From contig OZ024765.1 of assembly GCA_964016885.1 (NCBI GenBank), positions 10,850,001 to 10,914,000 on the forward strand: a stretch of DNA of 64,000 bases, in the 5' to 3' direction. The DNA comes from Eledone cirrhosa. Taxonomy: Eukaryota. Position 1 is the first letter of the stretch; each line of letters opens with the position of its first letter. The notes beneath the pieces are model-generated. The model searched no databases, had not been told where the DNA came from, and saw only the letters and a program-made list of their open reading frames with translations. The translations under genes and the position numbers were made by a program. Positions 12,976-24,410 of the stretch are shown in pieces.

Positions 12976-13927
12976 CATAGTTTCTTATCTCTATTTTGTT
13001 TTACCTGTGTGTGTGTGTTATTTTGTTTTACCTGTGTGTGTGTGTTATTTTGTTTTAACTGTGTGTGTGTGTGTTATCATTCAGTGTCCTTCGTGAGAAG
13101 CTTGGAGGGCTGAATTGGTGTGTTTATTTATTACTGGATAAATCTTAGTTAAAAGCTGCCTTCTTTGGTTTGATCAAGTACTTTGCTGCTGTCGAGGTTC
13201 ACTCATTGGTGATACAGTCCCACCTGAACCCTTCCTGGGATGGCATGGCATAATCTGTAAGACGTACAGTTGAAAACATGGATTGGTACAATCAAGTCAA
13301 ACCTTGAACTAATATCTTGGTCCTTGCATATCTACTGTTGGAATTACGACTGACTGAGGATATCTGTAGTCACTGTATAAGGATGGTTTTTGTTTGTAAT
13401 GTGGACAGATTGGCATGATCTTCAGATTTTGAACTAATATCTAGTCCTTGCATATCTGATATCTGCTGTTGGAATCACAACTGACTGACTGACTGACTGA
13501 GGATACCTGTGGGGTCACCCTGCATCAACAACCTCTATTTACATTAGTGTGAATTAACTGGCTGGTAGCAGCATATATGGTGTCTGTTGTCAGAACTGTA
13601 ACTGGCTTACAATATGTGTGTCAGTTTTCTGTGATTGGTTGTCGTTTTGTGTTGCTGTGTTGATACATTAGCTGGAGCTGACACATATTGGTAACTGGTT
13701 GACAATATCTGTCATGCATGGGTGGTCACAGTTTGTGATGCTGTGTCGATGTATTGGTTAGAGCCAGCATATAGTGTTACCGGCTAGTAATATGTCGGAT
13801 GTCTGAGATCGATGTACATTGGTAGCATTCTAATTGTAAAGTTATAAAAACACTTTTTGGAGAACTGCTGTGATACACTGGCTGACAGTATCTGTGTCAG
13901 GCGTCTGTGATTGCCCTGCATGGCTGG

Positions 13928-14400
13928 CTCCAGGTAGAGCCGCTACTTCTCTGAATTGAGAGATCACAGCTCTGATACTATGGACATGTGGTTAGAGTGT
14001 CTCAGGAATGAATCACTGGACAGATTTGTAGCTCAGAGATCAGAGAGTCACTCCAGGTAGAGCTGCTACTTTTCCAAATTGAGAGATCATAGCTCCGATA
14101 CTATGGACATGGGGTTAGAATGTCTCAGGAATGAATCGCTGGACAGATTTTATGGGCAAAACCAATTGGCAGGAAACCCAGGGGTAGACCCCGAGCAAGA
14201 TGGTTGGCTGGTCTTGTTTGAGGATCCAGCCAGATCAGTTGGAGACAGTTGCTTCTGACAGGACCCACTGGAAGGAGATTTTGAGGACTCTGCCCCCCCC
14301 CCCCCCCCCCGACCCTCCCAAGCATAAGTGGGCAAAAAAGAATAAGAAGGTTGGCGTCTGTTGAATGCATTCTTTGCAGCTGGCATAGTGGTAAGGAACT
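13928..14400 (+). mobile_element. RTE-like LINE 3' fragment with internal about 123-bp duplication
   Basis: LRYYGH..RM...ILWAKPIGRKPRGRPRARW. 13928-14028 is repeated at 14051-14151. Confidence 0.65.
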
Positions 14401-14536
14401 CTAGACTGCAGAAGGTCTTCAGGGAAGAAACTCCACTCAAGCAAGGCAAACAAAAACCCATGGAGCAGGGTGCTACTGAGGGATTGTGTTCTTCATAATC
14501 AGAAACTGGATGATGATGATGGTGATGATATATTCA

Positions 14537-14576
<40 letters not shown>

Positions 14577-14785
14577 AGGATATGTATATATTCTGTCAAC
14601 TAGTGTAGGTTTGCTTCAACTGTTTTACCATTTCTGACCTTTATGTATAAATATAGGTGTTAGGGTTCAGTTCTTCATTATAAGGTTGTGTTGTGTCAAG
14701 TCATTATCAAGGTTTTTTATTTATTAACACATCATATCTCTCAGCTGTTTAGTACTTATTTAATATCCTTTGTGTGTATATACAT

Positions 14786-15121
14786 TTCATTTTTCATTTC
14801 ATTTTACGTCCACTTTTCCCTGCTTGCAAGGGTGGGACGGGAACTGATTCTGGCTTGATTTCTACAGCTGGATGCCCTTCCTAACACCAACCTGATTTAC
14901 AGTGAGTGCTGGGTGCTTTTTTGCCGTGGCGCCTCCACGACCACTTTGCAGTGGAATGATAAGGACCCCAGTCCCTATCATCTCATTTCTACAGCTGAGT
15001 AAACTGGAGCAATGTGAAATAAAGTGTCTTGCTCAAGGAAACAACACATCACCCGGTCTGAGAATTGAACTAACAACCTTTCGATTGCAAGGCCAATGCT
15101 CTAACCACTAAGCCATGTGCC
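14786..15121 (-). mobile_element. Full-length SINE family B (tRNA head + CORE-like domain + RTE-like tail)
   Basis: Minus strand: head tggcttagtggttagagc...gttcaattc, CORE-like ccttgagcaagacacttt, body gttggtgttaggaagggcatccagctgtagaaa, tail ggacgtaaaatgaaatga. Related copies at 6760-7030, 8935-9075, 16240-16515 (+), 38395-38500 (+), 55666-55770 (+). Confidence 0.8.
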
Positions 15122-15271
15122 TCCATATATATATATGTATACGTGTGTATGTGTATATTCTACATAATGATATTATACATTGTTTTTGGCTACCACCCAG
15201 TTTCATATTTAAACAGATCAATTTATTAGAGATAATAACTTTCAATATCTATTCAGTGTTCATCATTCATC

Positions 15272-15324
<53 letters not shown>

Positions 15325-15390
15325 ATGTCCCAAGGCTCTGATACCATCAACACTATAAAATACAGAGCTGGCATATCTAAGAACTGACTA

Positions 15391-15446
15391 ACTGCCTGAT
15401 GAGGTCATAGCCATTCAATGGCTATCATCGAAATATATATAGCAGT
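15391..15446 (+). ncRNA. Type-I hammerhead ribozyme in short insert within (TA)n
   Basis: actgc-CTGATGA-ggtc[atagccat-tca-atggctat]catc-GAAA-tatata-TA-gcagt. Confidence 0.85.
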
Positions 15447-15490
15447 AAATAAAGGATTATGAGTTCATGCAATTGACTTATGTTTCGTCA

Positions 15491-15556
<66 letters not shown>

Positions 15557-15584
15557 ATCAAAAGATGGTTAAAAGAGTTTCATG

Positions 15585-15655
15585 TATTTTATTATGCGCA
15601 TTTCAAAAACAAATATCATCATGCAATAACATTTATGTTTTCATCAGATAAAATA
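15585..15655 (-). ncRNA. Hammerhead ribozyme, left arm of palindrome (same family as 5633)
   Basis: Minus strand: tattttat-CTGATGA-aaac...gttttt-GAAA-tgcgca-TA-ataaaata. Confidence 0.8.
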
Positions 15656-15773
15656 GGAAGACATGATATGAAGGTTAAAAAACACTTGTGAATAGTGCAG
15701 TTTTAAATCAACATATGTTGATTTAAAACTGCACTATTCACAAGTGTTTTTTAACCTTCATATCATGTCTCCC

Positions 15774-15844
15774 TATTTTATCTGACGAAAACGCAAATGT
15801 CTTCGCATGATGATATTTGTTTTTGAAATGCGCATAATAAAATA
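15774..15844 (+). ncRNA. Hammerhead ribozyme, right arm of palindrome
   Basis: tattttat-CTGACGA-aaac...gttttt-GAAA-tgcgca-TA-ataaaata. Confidence 0.8.
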
Positions 15845-16515
15845 CATGGAACTCTTTTAACCATCTTTTGATCTTATATATTATGTATACTCCAGTCCTA
15901 CAAACTGTAGAGTGCTTCTTATCCGATATCTGCATTGCTTTATTGTACTACAATAAAACTCACCTCCTACATTATATATATATATATATATATATATGAC
16001 AAGTATGTTTTGAAACAGTGAGCAGATTTGAAATTAGAAAATAGAATAGCATTGACCTCAATACTTATCTTTTTCCATTTATCTGAGGGTTCTAAACCCC
16101 ATTATCAGGCTAAAATTTCTGTAGTCAAAAATACGGTGAAAGATATATATATATATATATAAATATATAAAGTTGGTAATACAGAGTACCCGACCTCCCA
16201 TGGGTACAAGCTGAAGCATATAGACAATATGCCCCCACAAACCCCAGTGCAAGGTGGTCGTGGAGGTGCCACGGCAAAAAAGCACCCAGCCCACACTGTA
16301 AAGTGGACGTGTACGCGCCACGAAAAAGCACCCAGCACTCACTGTAAATGAGGTTGGTGTTAGGAAGGGCATCCAGCTGTAGAAATCAAGCCAAATCAGT
16401 TCCTGTATAAGCAAGGCATGGTCAGCCGACCAGACACTGCCCACAACAGGACAACCCGTCTAACCCATGCTAGCGTGGAAGAACGGACGTAAAACGGTGA
16501 TGATGGTGATGATGA

Positions 16516-16576
<61 letters not shown>

Positions 16577-16965
16577 TAAACGGAAAAGAAAATGCTGACA
16601 AATTGTTCACAGTGAAAAATAGTTTAATTAGGAATAAGTGAGAATTAGTAATAGTATTGGTTAGTATTCAGTTTTGGTTTTAAGTTTTACCGGTTGCGCA
16701 TTTCTAATGCTTTTCAAAAATAATTTTGAGATAGAGCGTCCGTGATGTTTGCTCTATATATATGTGTATATATAAAGTTGGAAATGCACCCAGTGTTCTT
16801 TAAGATTTATTTACAATTAACTTAACTGGTTTTTCAAGTTCATGATTTTCAAAAGTTACTTGTCTATATATATATAGTTTGCAGTAGTTTAAGCGTAGTG
16901 TGGTTGTATATGAAAGAATATACTATACGGTAGCCTATCATATACACATCCATATATATATTATA

Positions 16966-17220
16966 ATCCTTCGTTTGCCGGCAGATCGACCTGCTCATAT
17001 TGCCATGGATTGGGTACCAGAAGGTGGCAGGAGAGAATGGGGAAGACCACGAAAAACATGGCGGAGCACATTCAGGGAGGACCTGCGGGAGATGGGAATT
17101 ACCTGGAGAGGTGTTAGAAGGGCCGCCAGTGACAGGATCAAGGGGAGGAAGCTGGTCGCCCAAAATTCCACAAGGGACTGGAGGAACTAAGACTAAGATA
17201 TAATAATAATAATAATAATA
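16966..17220 (+). mobile_element. RTE-like LINE 3' end with (TAA)n tail
   Basis: LRLPADRPAHIAMDWVPEGGRREWGRPRKTWRSTFREDL...*, then taataataa. Confidence 0.8.
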
Positions 17221-18464
17221 CTGAAACAAAGCTATTGAATAGGACCGATATACCTTCAATCGTTTTCCCACTCAATAATTTAATTAAGTCAGTATCATTA
17301 AGATGCTAGCCCAAGGAAATTAGAGTGGACACTAATACATTAATAGTGAGAAAAACGATTTCATGTGGATAAAAAAAATTAGATTCTCTGGCCCTGGACT
17401 AATACATTAGTTACTGCTACTCCCTCTGTTGGTGACAGTCCTCTTTTGTTTCCCTTTATTGCTAAAAAGAAAATAATGTTGTTCAGCTGGATATCAGACC
17501 TGATTGATCCAGCCTATAATAGCCTATTATGGTATAGCGTTGTTGTATCATGACTGACCTTGGGCTAAACACAACAACTCTAAATCCCTCTCAAACACAG
17601 GCTGTAGCACTAAAGTAAATTATTTAATTAATCGTAGGCTGGTAGGTGGGGTTGGGGGCAAATGGTGAGGTTTGCTTTGTTAAAATCTTTTATTTGATCC
17701 AGCTCCCCATCCGTAAAATTTTATAATTATCCTCTTTAATAATTAAGTCACACTGAAATGATTAGAATTTCCCACTTTGATAATTAGATTTATCCATTTT
17801 AATAATTATAATTAACCATCTTCATAATTGAACTTTCCAAAATTTAATAACCATAATTATCCCACATCAACAATTATAATTGTCCACTTTGATAATTATA
17901 ACAGGCCAATATGATAATTATAATTGTCCACTGGTGATTATAATTGTCTACTTTGATAATTATAATTGTCCACTTTGATAATTATAATTGCACATTTTGA
18001 TAATTACAATCACTCACTTCAATAATTATGTTTCTTATTCTTCGTTTCTTTTTTTTTGTTCATTCAATTATGGCTGTTTTAAAATCTCTCAGTATTATCT
18101 ATTTTAAAGTTTTTCTGTGTTTTGTTCTTTTCTTCTTTGGGGACCTTGGGGTAAGTGGAGGTTGGTCCTCGCCACAACCCCCTCCCCAACACACACACTT
18201 CCTTTTAATATTGTTTTTTGATGTTGTTGTTCTATATATTGTTTGTTTGGTTATATTATTGTCAGTTTTACTGTTACACCTGGCTAGTTTTATTTCTAGT
18301 TTCACAGTTAGTAGTTGGTTCTTCCAGCCAACTGCACACTCACTCTTTCTCTCCCTATATACACACTCATTCTGTCTGTCTCCCTTTCTTTCTTTCCCCC
18401 CTCTTTACACAAACACACTCTCTTTCGCCCACCCTCACACATACATACCAATTCAATTCACACA

Positions 18465-18730
18465 CACACCAAATGTTTAAACTCCAACACCCACACAAAC
18501 ACCAAATGTTTAAACTCCAACACCCACACAAACACCAAATGTTTAAACTCAAACACCAAATGTTTAAACTCCAACACCCACACAAACACCAAATGTTTAA
18601 ACTCCAACACCCACACAAACACCAAATGTTTAATCCCATCATCCACACACCAATTCAACATGCACACCAAATGCTTAACCCAAACACACACACACCACTT
18701 CAACACACACACACACACCAAATGCTTAAC
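18465..18730. repeat. Minisatellite, about 33-bp unit
   Basis: acaccaaatgtttaaactccaacacccacacaa repeated. Confidence 0.85.
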
Positions 18731-19009
18731 CCCTATACCCATACACCAATTCAGCACACTAAGGAAGTTTATATTTTCCACTCATGATTATTAAATACAT
18801 CTGTTCACTCACCACATCTGTACATCTGTTTATTATTTTGTGATATCCCATAATATTGTTTATTTATTTTCAACATCATCTGGCTTCCATAACACAAACT
18901 GTGACCTTTTTCCTTTTTTAATGAGACATAAAAAATAAAATATTCTAAAAATGTTTTAACTCTTAACATGATTCAATAGTAAATGTTTCATAAGCTGCTC
19001 TGCTAATTC

Positions 19010-20230
19010 AAAAGTTTATAGTATCTTTACTGGTGGACAGATTGTTGTGAAAATTTACAGTATTAGAGTAAAGACTTTAATATTTAATGTGATGCAGTCA
19101 TAGTGTTGTTTTGTACTAAATGTTTATAGTATCTTTACTGGTAAACAGATTGTTGTGAAAATTTGCTGCATTAGAGTAAAGACTTTAATATTTAATGTGA
19201 TGTAGTCGTAGTGTTGTTTTGTACTAAATGTTTATAGTATCTTTACTGGTGGACAGATTGTTGTGAAAATTTACAGTATTAGAGTAAAGACTTTAATATT
19301 TAATGTGATGCAGTCATAGTGTTGTTTTGTACTAAATGTTTATAGTATCTTTACTGGTAAACAGATTGTTGTGAAAATTTGCTGCATTAGAGTAAAGACT
19401 TTAATATTTAATGTGATGTAGTCGTAGTGTTGTTTTGTACTAAATGTTTATAGTATCTTTACTGGTGGACAGATTGTTGTGAAAATTTACAGTATTAGAG
19501 TAAAGACTTTAATATTTAATGTGATGCAGTCATAGTGTTGTTTTGTACTAAATGTTTATAGTATCTTTACTGGTGGACAGATTGTTGTGAAAATTTACAG
19601 TATTACAGTAAAGACTTTAATATTTAATGTGATGTAGTCGTAGTGTTGTTTTGTACTAAATGTTTATAGTATCTTTACTGGTGGACAGATTGTTGTGAAA
19701 ATTTACAGTATTACAGTAAAGACTTTAATATTTAATGTGATGCAGTCATAGTGTTGTTTTGTACTAAATGTTTATAGTATCTTTACTGGTGGACAGATTG
19801 TTGTGAAAATTTACAGTATTACAGTAAAGACTTTAATATTTAATGTGATGCAGTCATAGTGTTGTTTTGTACTAAATGTTTATAGTATCTTTGCTGGTAA
19901 ACAGATTGTTGTGAAAATTTGCTGCATTAGAGGAAAGACTTTAATATTTAATGTGACACAGTGAAAGTGTTGTTTTACATGAAAGGTTTATAGTATCTTT
20001 ACTAGTGGATAGATTATTGTGAAAATTTGCAGTATTAGAGTAAAGACTTCAATATTTAATGTGATATAGTCATTATGTTGTTTTGTACTAAATGTTTATA
20101 ATATCTTTACTAGTGAACAGATTGTGAAATTTGCAGTATTAGAGTAAAGACTTCTATATTTAATATCAAGTAGTCATTGTGTTGTTTTGTACTAAAAGTA
20201 TGTTGTTTTGCAGTATTAGAGTAAAGACTA
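19010..20230 (+). repeat. 108-bp tandem repeat, about 11 copies
   Basis: tgtttatagtatctttactgg recurs at 19121, 19229 and onward. Confidence 0.95.
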
Positions 20231-20319
20231 ATTTTTAATGAGATGCCCTCATTTTTTTTAATGTTTCATACGCAAGGTTTTTTATTCAATTCTGTAGCAT
20301 TCATTGATCATAAATGTTT

Positions 20320-20750
20320 TCAAATCCCACCGAAGTTAGATTTGCCTTTCATCCTTAGGGGGTCGATTTAATCACCCCCCCACCTTTCCCCAATTGCTGG
20401 CCTTGTGCCTATAGTAGAAATCATTATTTTTATTATTTCATCCTTCCAAAGGTCAATAAAATAGAGTACCAGTCATGTACGTGGGTTGATTTAATCAACC
20501 GTTTCTTCCCTTCCAGCAAATTTCTGGGCATGTGCCTAAATAATTATGATTGAAGAAGGTTCAAATCTTGCTGAGCATAGAGTTATGGCCCTTTACGTTC
20601 TGAGTTCAAATCCTGCTGAGGTTAGCTTTGCCTTCCATCCTGAAGACATCGATAAAATAAAGTACCAGTAATGCACTGGGGTCGATTTAATGGACTTTCC
20701 CCTCTCACAAAATTGCTGGCTTTGTGGCTAAAGTAGAAACAACTATTATT
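20320..20750 (+). mobile_element. SINE-A fragments
   Basis: Three partial copies. Confidence 0.75.
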
Positions 20751-20878
20751 ATTGATGCTGCTGCTGCTGCTGCTGCTGCTGTTGTTGTTGTTGTTATTGT
20801 TTATGATATATTTATTAAAAAAACCCCCCCAAAACAAGCAGAAACCCAAATATGTTGTTGTTGTTGTTGTGTATGTAG

Positions 20879-21029
20879 GATTCAACGCATTCGGGGATGT
20901 GTTACAACCTCAGACCCAAACCCCATCTAAGAAGGAACCCATGAAGTTGATTCAAGGAGACTTAGATCTTAGTCTCGCCCAAATGGCAGCTAATTTGAAT
21001 ATTAATGGACCTGCAAGTCAAGTCAAGAA
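20879..21029 (+). CDS. PICALM: AP180/PICALM exon: GFNAFGDVLQPQTQTPSKKEPMKLIQGDLDLSLAQMAANLNINGPASQVKK
   Basis: gtatgtag acceptor and AA|gtaagt donor. The F-G-D-V-L-Q-P and KL..GDLD.SLA....NL.I motifs match the conserved C-terminal region of PICALM/SNAP91/Drosophila lap (recognised from memory). Confidence 0.9.
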
Positions 21030-21034
21030 GTAAG

Positions 21035-22725
21035 TCTTCTCTCTCTTTTTCTTTCTCTTTCTCTCTATATATATCTTGTCTTCTCACTTTCTCTCTCTCT
21101 CCCTCTTGTCTTCTCTCTCTCTCTATATTTCTTTCTCTCTCTCTCTCCCTCTTGTCTTCTCACTTTCTCTCTCTCTCCCTCTTGTCTTCTCACTTTCTCT
21201 CTCTCTCCCTCTTGTCTTCTCACTTTCTCTCTTGTCTTCTCTCTCTCTCCCTCTTGTCTTCTCTCTCTCTCCCTCTTGTCTTCTCTCTCTCTCCCTCTTG
21301 TCTTCTCACTTTCTCTCTCTCTCCCTCTTGTCTTCTCACTTTCTCTCTCCCTCTTGTCTTCTCTCTTTCTCTCTCCCTCTTGTCTTCTCACTTTCTCTCT
21401 CTCCCTCTTGTCTTCTCACTTTCTCTCTCTCTCCCTCTTGTCTTCTCACTTTCTCTCTGTCTCCCTCTTGTCTTCTCACTTTCTCTCTCTCTCCCTCTTG
21501 TCTTCTCACTTTCTCTCTCTCTCCCTCTTGTCTTCTCACTTTCTCTCTTCTTCTTGTCTTCTCACTTTCTCTCTCCCTCTTGTCTTCTCACTTTCTCTCT
21601 CCCTCTTGTCTTCTCACTTTCTCTCTCTCCCTCTTGTCTTCTCACTTTCTCTCTCTCTCTCTCCCTCTTGTCTTCTCACTTTCTCTCTCTCTCCCTCTTG
21701 TCTTCTCACTTTCTCTCTCCCTCTTGTCTTCTCACTTTCTCTCTTGTCTTCTCTCTCTCTCCCTCTTGTCTTCTTTCCTCTTTCTCTCTCCCTCTCCCTC
21801 TTGTCTTCTCACTTTCTCTCTCTCTCCCTCTTGTCTTCTCACTTTCTCTCTCTCTCCCTCTTGTCTTCTCACTTTCTCTCTCTCTCCCTCTTGTCTTCTC
21901 ACTTTCTCTCTCTCTCCCTCTTGTCTTCTCACTTTCTCTCTCTCTCCCTCTTGTCTTCTCACTTTCTTTCTCTCTCCCTCTTGTCTTCTCACTTTCTCTC
22001 TCCCTCTTGTCTTCTCACTTTCTCTCTTGTCTTCTCTCTCTCTCCCTCTTGTCTTCTCTCTTTCTCTCTCTCCCTCTTGTCTTCTCTCTTTCTCTCTCTC
22101 TCCCTCTTGTCTTCTCACTTTCTCTCTCTCTCCCTCTTGTCTTCTCACTTTCTCTCTCTCTCCCTCTTGTCTTCTCTCTTTCTCTCTCTCTCCCGCTTGT
22201 CTTCTCTTTCTCTCTCTCTCCCTCTTGTCTTCTCTCTCTCTCCCTCTTGTCTTCTCTCTTTCTCTCTCTCTCCCTCTTGTCTTCTCTCTTTCTCTCTCTC
22301 TCCCTCTTGTCTTCTCTCTTTCTCTCTCTCTCCCTCTTGTCTTCTCACTTTCTCTCTCTCTCTCTCCCTCTTGTCTTCTCACTTTCTCCCTCTCTCCCTC
22401 TTGTCTTCTCACTTTCTCCCTCTCTCCCTCTTGTCTTCTCACTTTCTCTCCCTCTCTCCCTCTTGTCTTCTCACTTTCTCTCCCTCTCTTTCTCCCTTTC
22501 TCTTTCTCTCTCTCTATTTCTTTCTCTCTATCTCTCTCTCTCGTCTCCTCACTCTCTCTATCTTGTCTTCTCTCTCTCTCTCTCTCTCTTTCTCCCTCTT
22601 TTTCTTTCTCTCTCTCTCTGTCTCTCTCTCCCTCTCTTTCTATCTCTATCTCCCTCTCTCTTTTTCTTTCTCTCTATCACTAGCTCTGTCTTGTCACTCT
22701 CTCCTCTCTCTCATCTTCTAACTTG

Positions 22726-22756
<31 letters not shown>

Positions 22757-22850
22757 CTCTCAATCTCTTACAATCTCTCTCCTATCTCTCTCAATCTCCC
22801 CCTCTCTCTCCTATCCTCTATCTCCCCTATCTCTCTACTATATTCAGTAT
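21035..22850. repeat. CT-rich about 30-bp minisatellite filling a whole PICALM intron
   Basis: ctccctcttgtcttctcactttctctct repeated. Confidence 0.95.
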
Positions 22851-22893
22851 CTGACTAAATTTTTCTCTTCTTCTAAATATCTCTTCCGATCAG

Positions 22894-22984
22894 GACCGAT
22901 CACCAATGGCAACCAAAAGGGGAACAAAAAAAGACAGGTGGAGCAAACTGGACAGCACCAGTCTTGTCATCTTCTACCACTTGG
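22894..22984 (+). CDS. PICALM: AP180/PICALM exon: (K)TDHQWQPKGEQKKTGGANWTAPVLSSSTTW
   Basis: cttccgatcag acceptor and TGG|gtatga donor. Phase 2->0 fits both neighbours. The W...GE.K.TGG.NW motif is characteristic of PICALM/AP180. Confidence 0.9.
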
Positions 22985-23114
22985 GTATGAACAAGTAGCA
23001 TTATTGTTGTCGATATAGTTATGTTTTTCTTGTTGTTGCTGCTATCTCCCTAACCCGCCTACTCCCTCCAAACATCCAACTCCCCACTACTGGTTGTAGT
23101 GTTGCCGACATGAC

Positions 23115-23610
23115 GTAAAGCACCCAGTCCACACTGTAAGGTGGTCATGTAGGTGTCACAACAAAAAGCACCCAGTCCACATTGTAAGGTGGTCGTATGG
23201 GTGTCACAACAAAAAGCACCCAGTCCACACTGTAAAGTGGTTGTGTAGGTGTCAGAACAAAAAGCACCTAGTCCACACTGTAAAGTGGTCATGTAGGTGT
23301 CACGACAAAAAACACCCAGTCCACACTGTAAAGTGGTCATGTAGGTGTCAACAAAAAACACCCAGTCCACACTGTAAAGTGGTCATGTAGGTGTCAACAA
23401 AAAACACCCAGTCCACACTGTAAAGTGGTCATGTAGGTGTCAACAAAAAACACCCAGTCCACACTGTAAAGTGGTCATGTAGGTGTCAACAAAAAACACC
23501 CAGTCCACACTGTAAAGTGGTCATGTAGGTGTCACAACAAAAAGTACCCAGTCCACACTGTAAAGTGGTCATGTAGGTGTCACAACAAAAAACACCCAGT
23601 CCACACTGTG
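23115..23610. repeat. 46-48-bp tandem repeat derived from SINE-B body
   Basis: aaaaaacacccagtccacactgtaaagtggtcatgtaggtgtcaac, compare 16276-16310. Confidence 0.9.
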
Positions 23611-23639
23611 TGTGTGTGTTTGTGCATGTTGGCACTTTT

Positions 23640-24070
23640 TTCTATCAAATTGTTTAAAAAGGAGGAAGTGTCAGAAGCAACTGTCTCCAACTGATCCGGC
23701 TGGTTGCCCAAGCGAGTCCAACCATCTTGCTCAGGTCTACCTTTGGGTTTCTTGCCAGTTGGTGTTGCCTGTAATATCTGTCTAGGAATTCTTGAGCTCA
23801 TGGATGTTATCCAACCATCTTGTTCAGGAAAGGGGTCTATCTGTGCATCCTGCCAGGTAGTTTTGCCTATAAGATATGTCTATGGATTCTTGAGCTCATG
23901 GATGTTATCCAACCATCTTGTTCGGGAAAGGGGTCTACCCTGGGACTCCTGCCAGTTGGTTTTACACTGTAAAATATTTCCAGTGACTCTGACAGGACCC
24001 GCTGGAAGTGGTATTTGAGGACTCTGCGCCATGGTGACCCACCCAGGAAGAAGCTTGCAAGGAAGAAGAA
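23640..24070 (-). mobile_element. RTE-like LINE 3' fragment(s)
   Basis: RIPRQILQATPTGKKPKGRP, with internal duplication. Confidence 0.6.
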
Positions 24071-24099
24071 GAAGGAAGTGTGGAATCATCATCATCGTC

Positions 24100-24410
24100 A
24101 TCAGCAGCATTTTATGTCCGCTTTTCCCTGCTTGCAAGGGTGGGACGGGTCCCATTCAGCACAGCATATCTCCACTTGTCACGGTCCTTCGTCATCTCCT
24201 CCGTGAGCTTCAGCGATCTGAGGTCTGCTCCACCACCTCCGCCCACGTTTTACGTGGTCTACCTCTACTGCGTCTTCCTTCTTCTGGGATTTCTTGGCAC
24301 TTCTTTAACCAGTGGACATCCTCCATGAGCATCACATGTCCATACCATCTCAGTCTTCTCTCCCACACACTACAGCTTATCCCTCTTATACACAGCTTCT
24401 CTCTCAACTC
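24100..24410 (-). mobile_element. RTE LINE 3' end sharing its tail with SINE-B
   Basis: ELREKL.I......ERRLRWYGHVM.ME...WLKKC....EGRRSRGRPRKTWAEVV, tail cccacccttgcaagcagggaaaagcggac. Confidence 0.8.

Larger units (their letters stand above)
15549..15880. repeat. About 330-bp near-perfect palindrome with no spacer, centred at 15714/15715
   Basis: Centre caacat|atgttg. Arms are reverse complements with few mismatches. The ORF track shows the same peptide on both strands. Confidence 0.95.

Noticed and set aside
18110-18156. Strong donor GGG|gtaagt
   Set aside because: No plausible acceptor and coding frame upstream.
21005-22858. Long L/S-rich and E/R-rich ORFs
   Set aside because: CT-rich minisatellite lying inside a PICALM intron bounded by clear splice sites.
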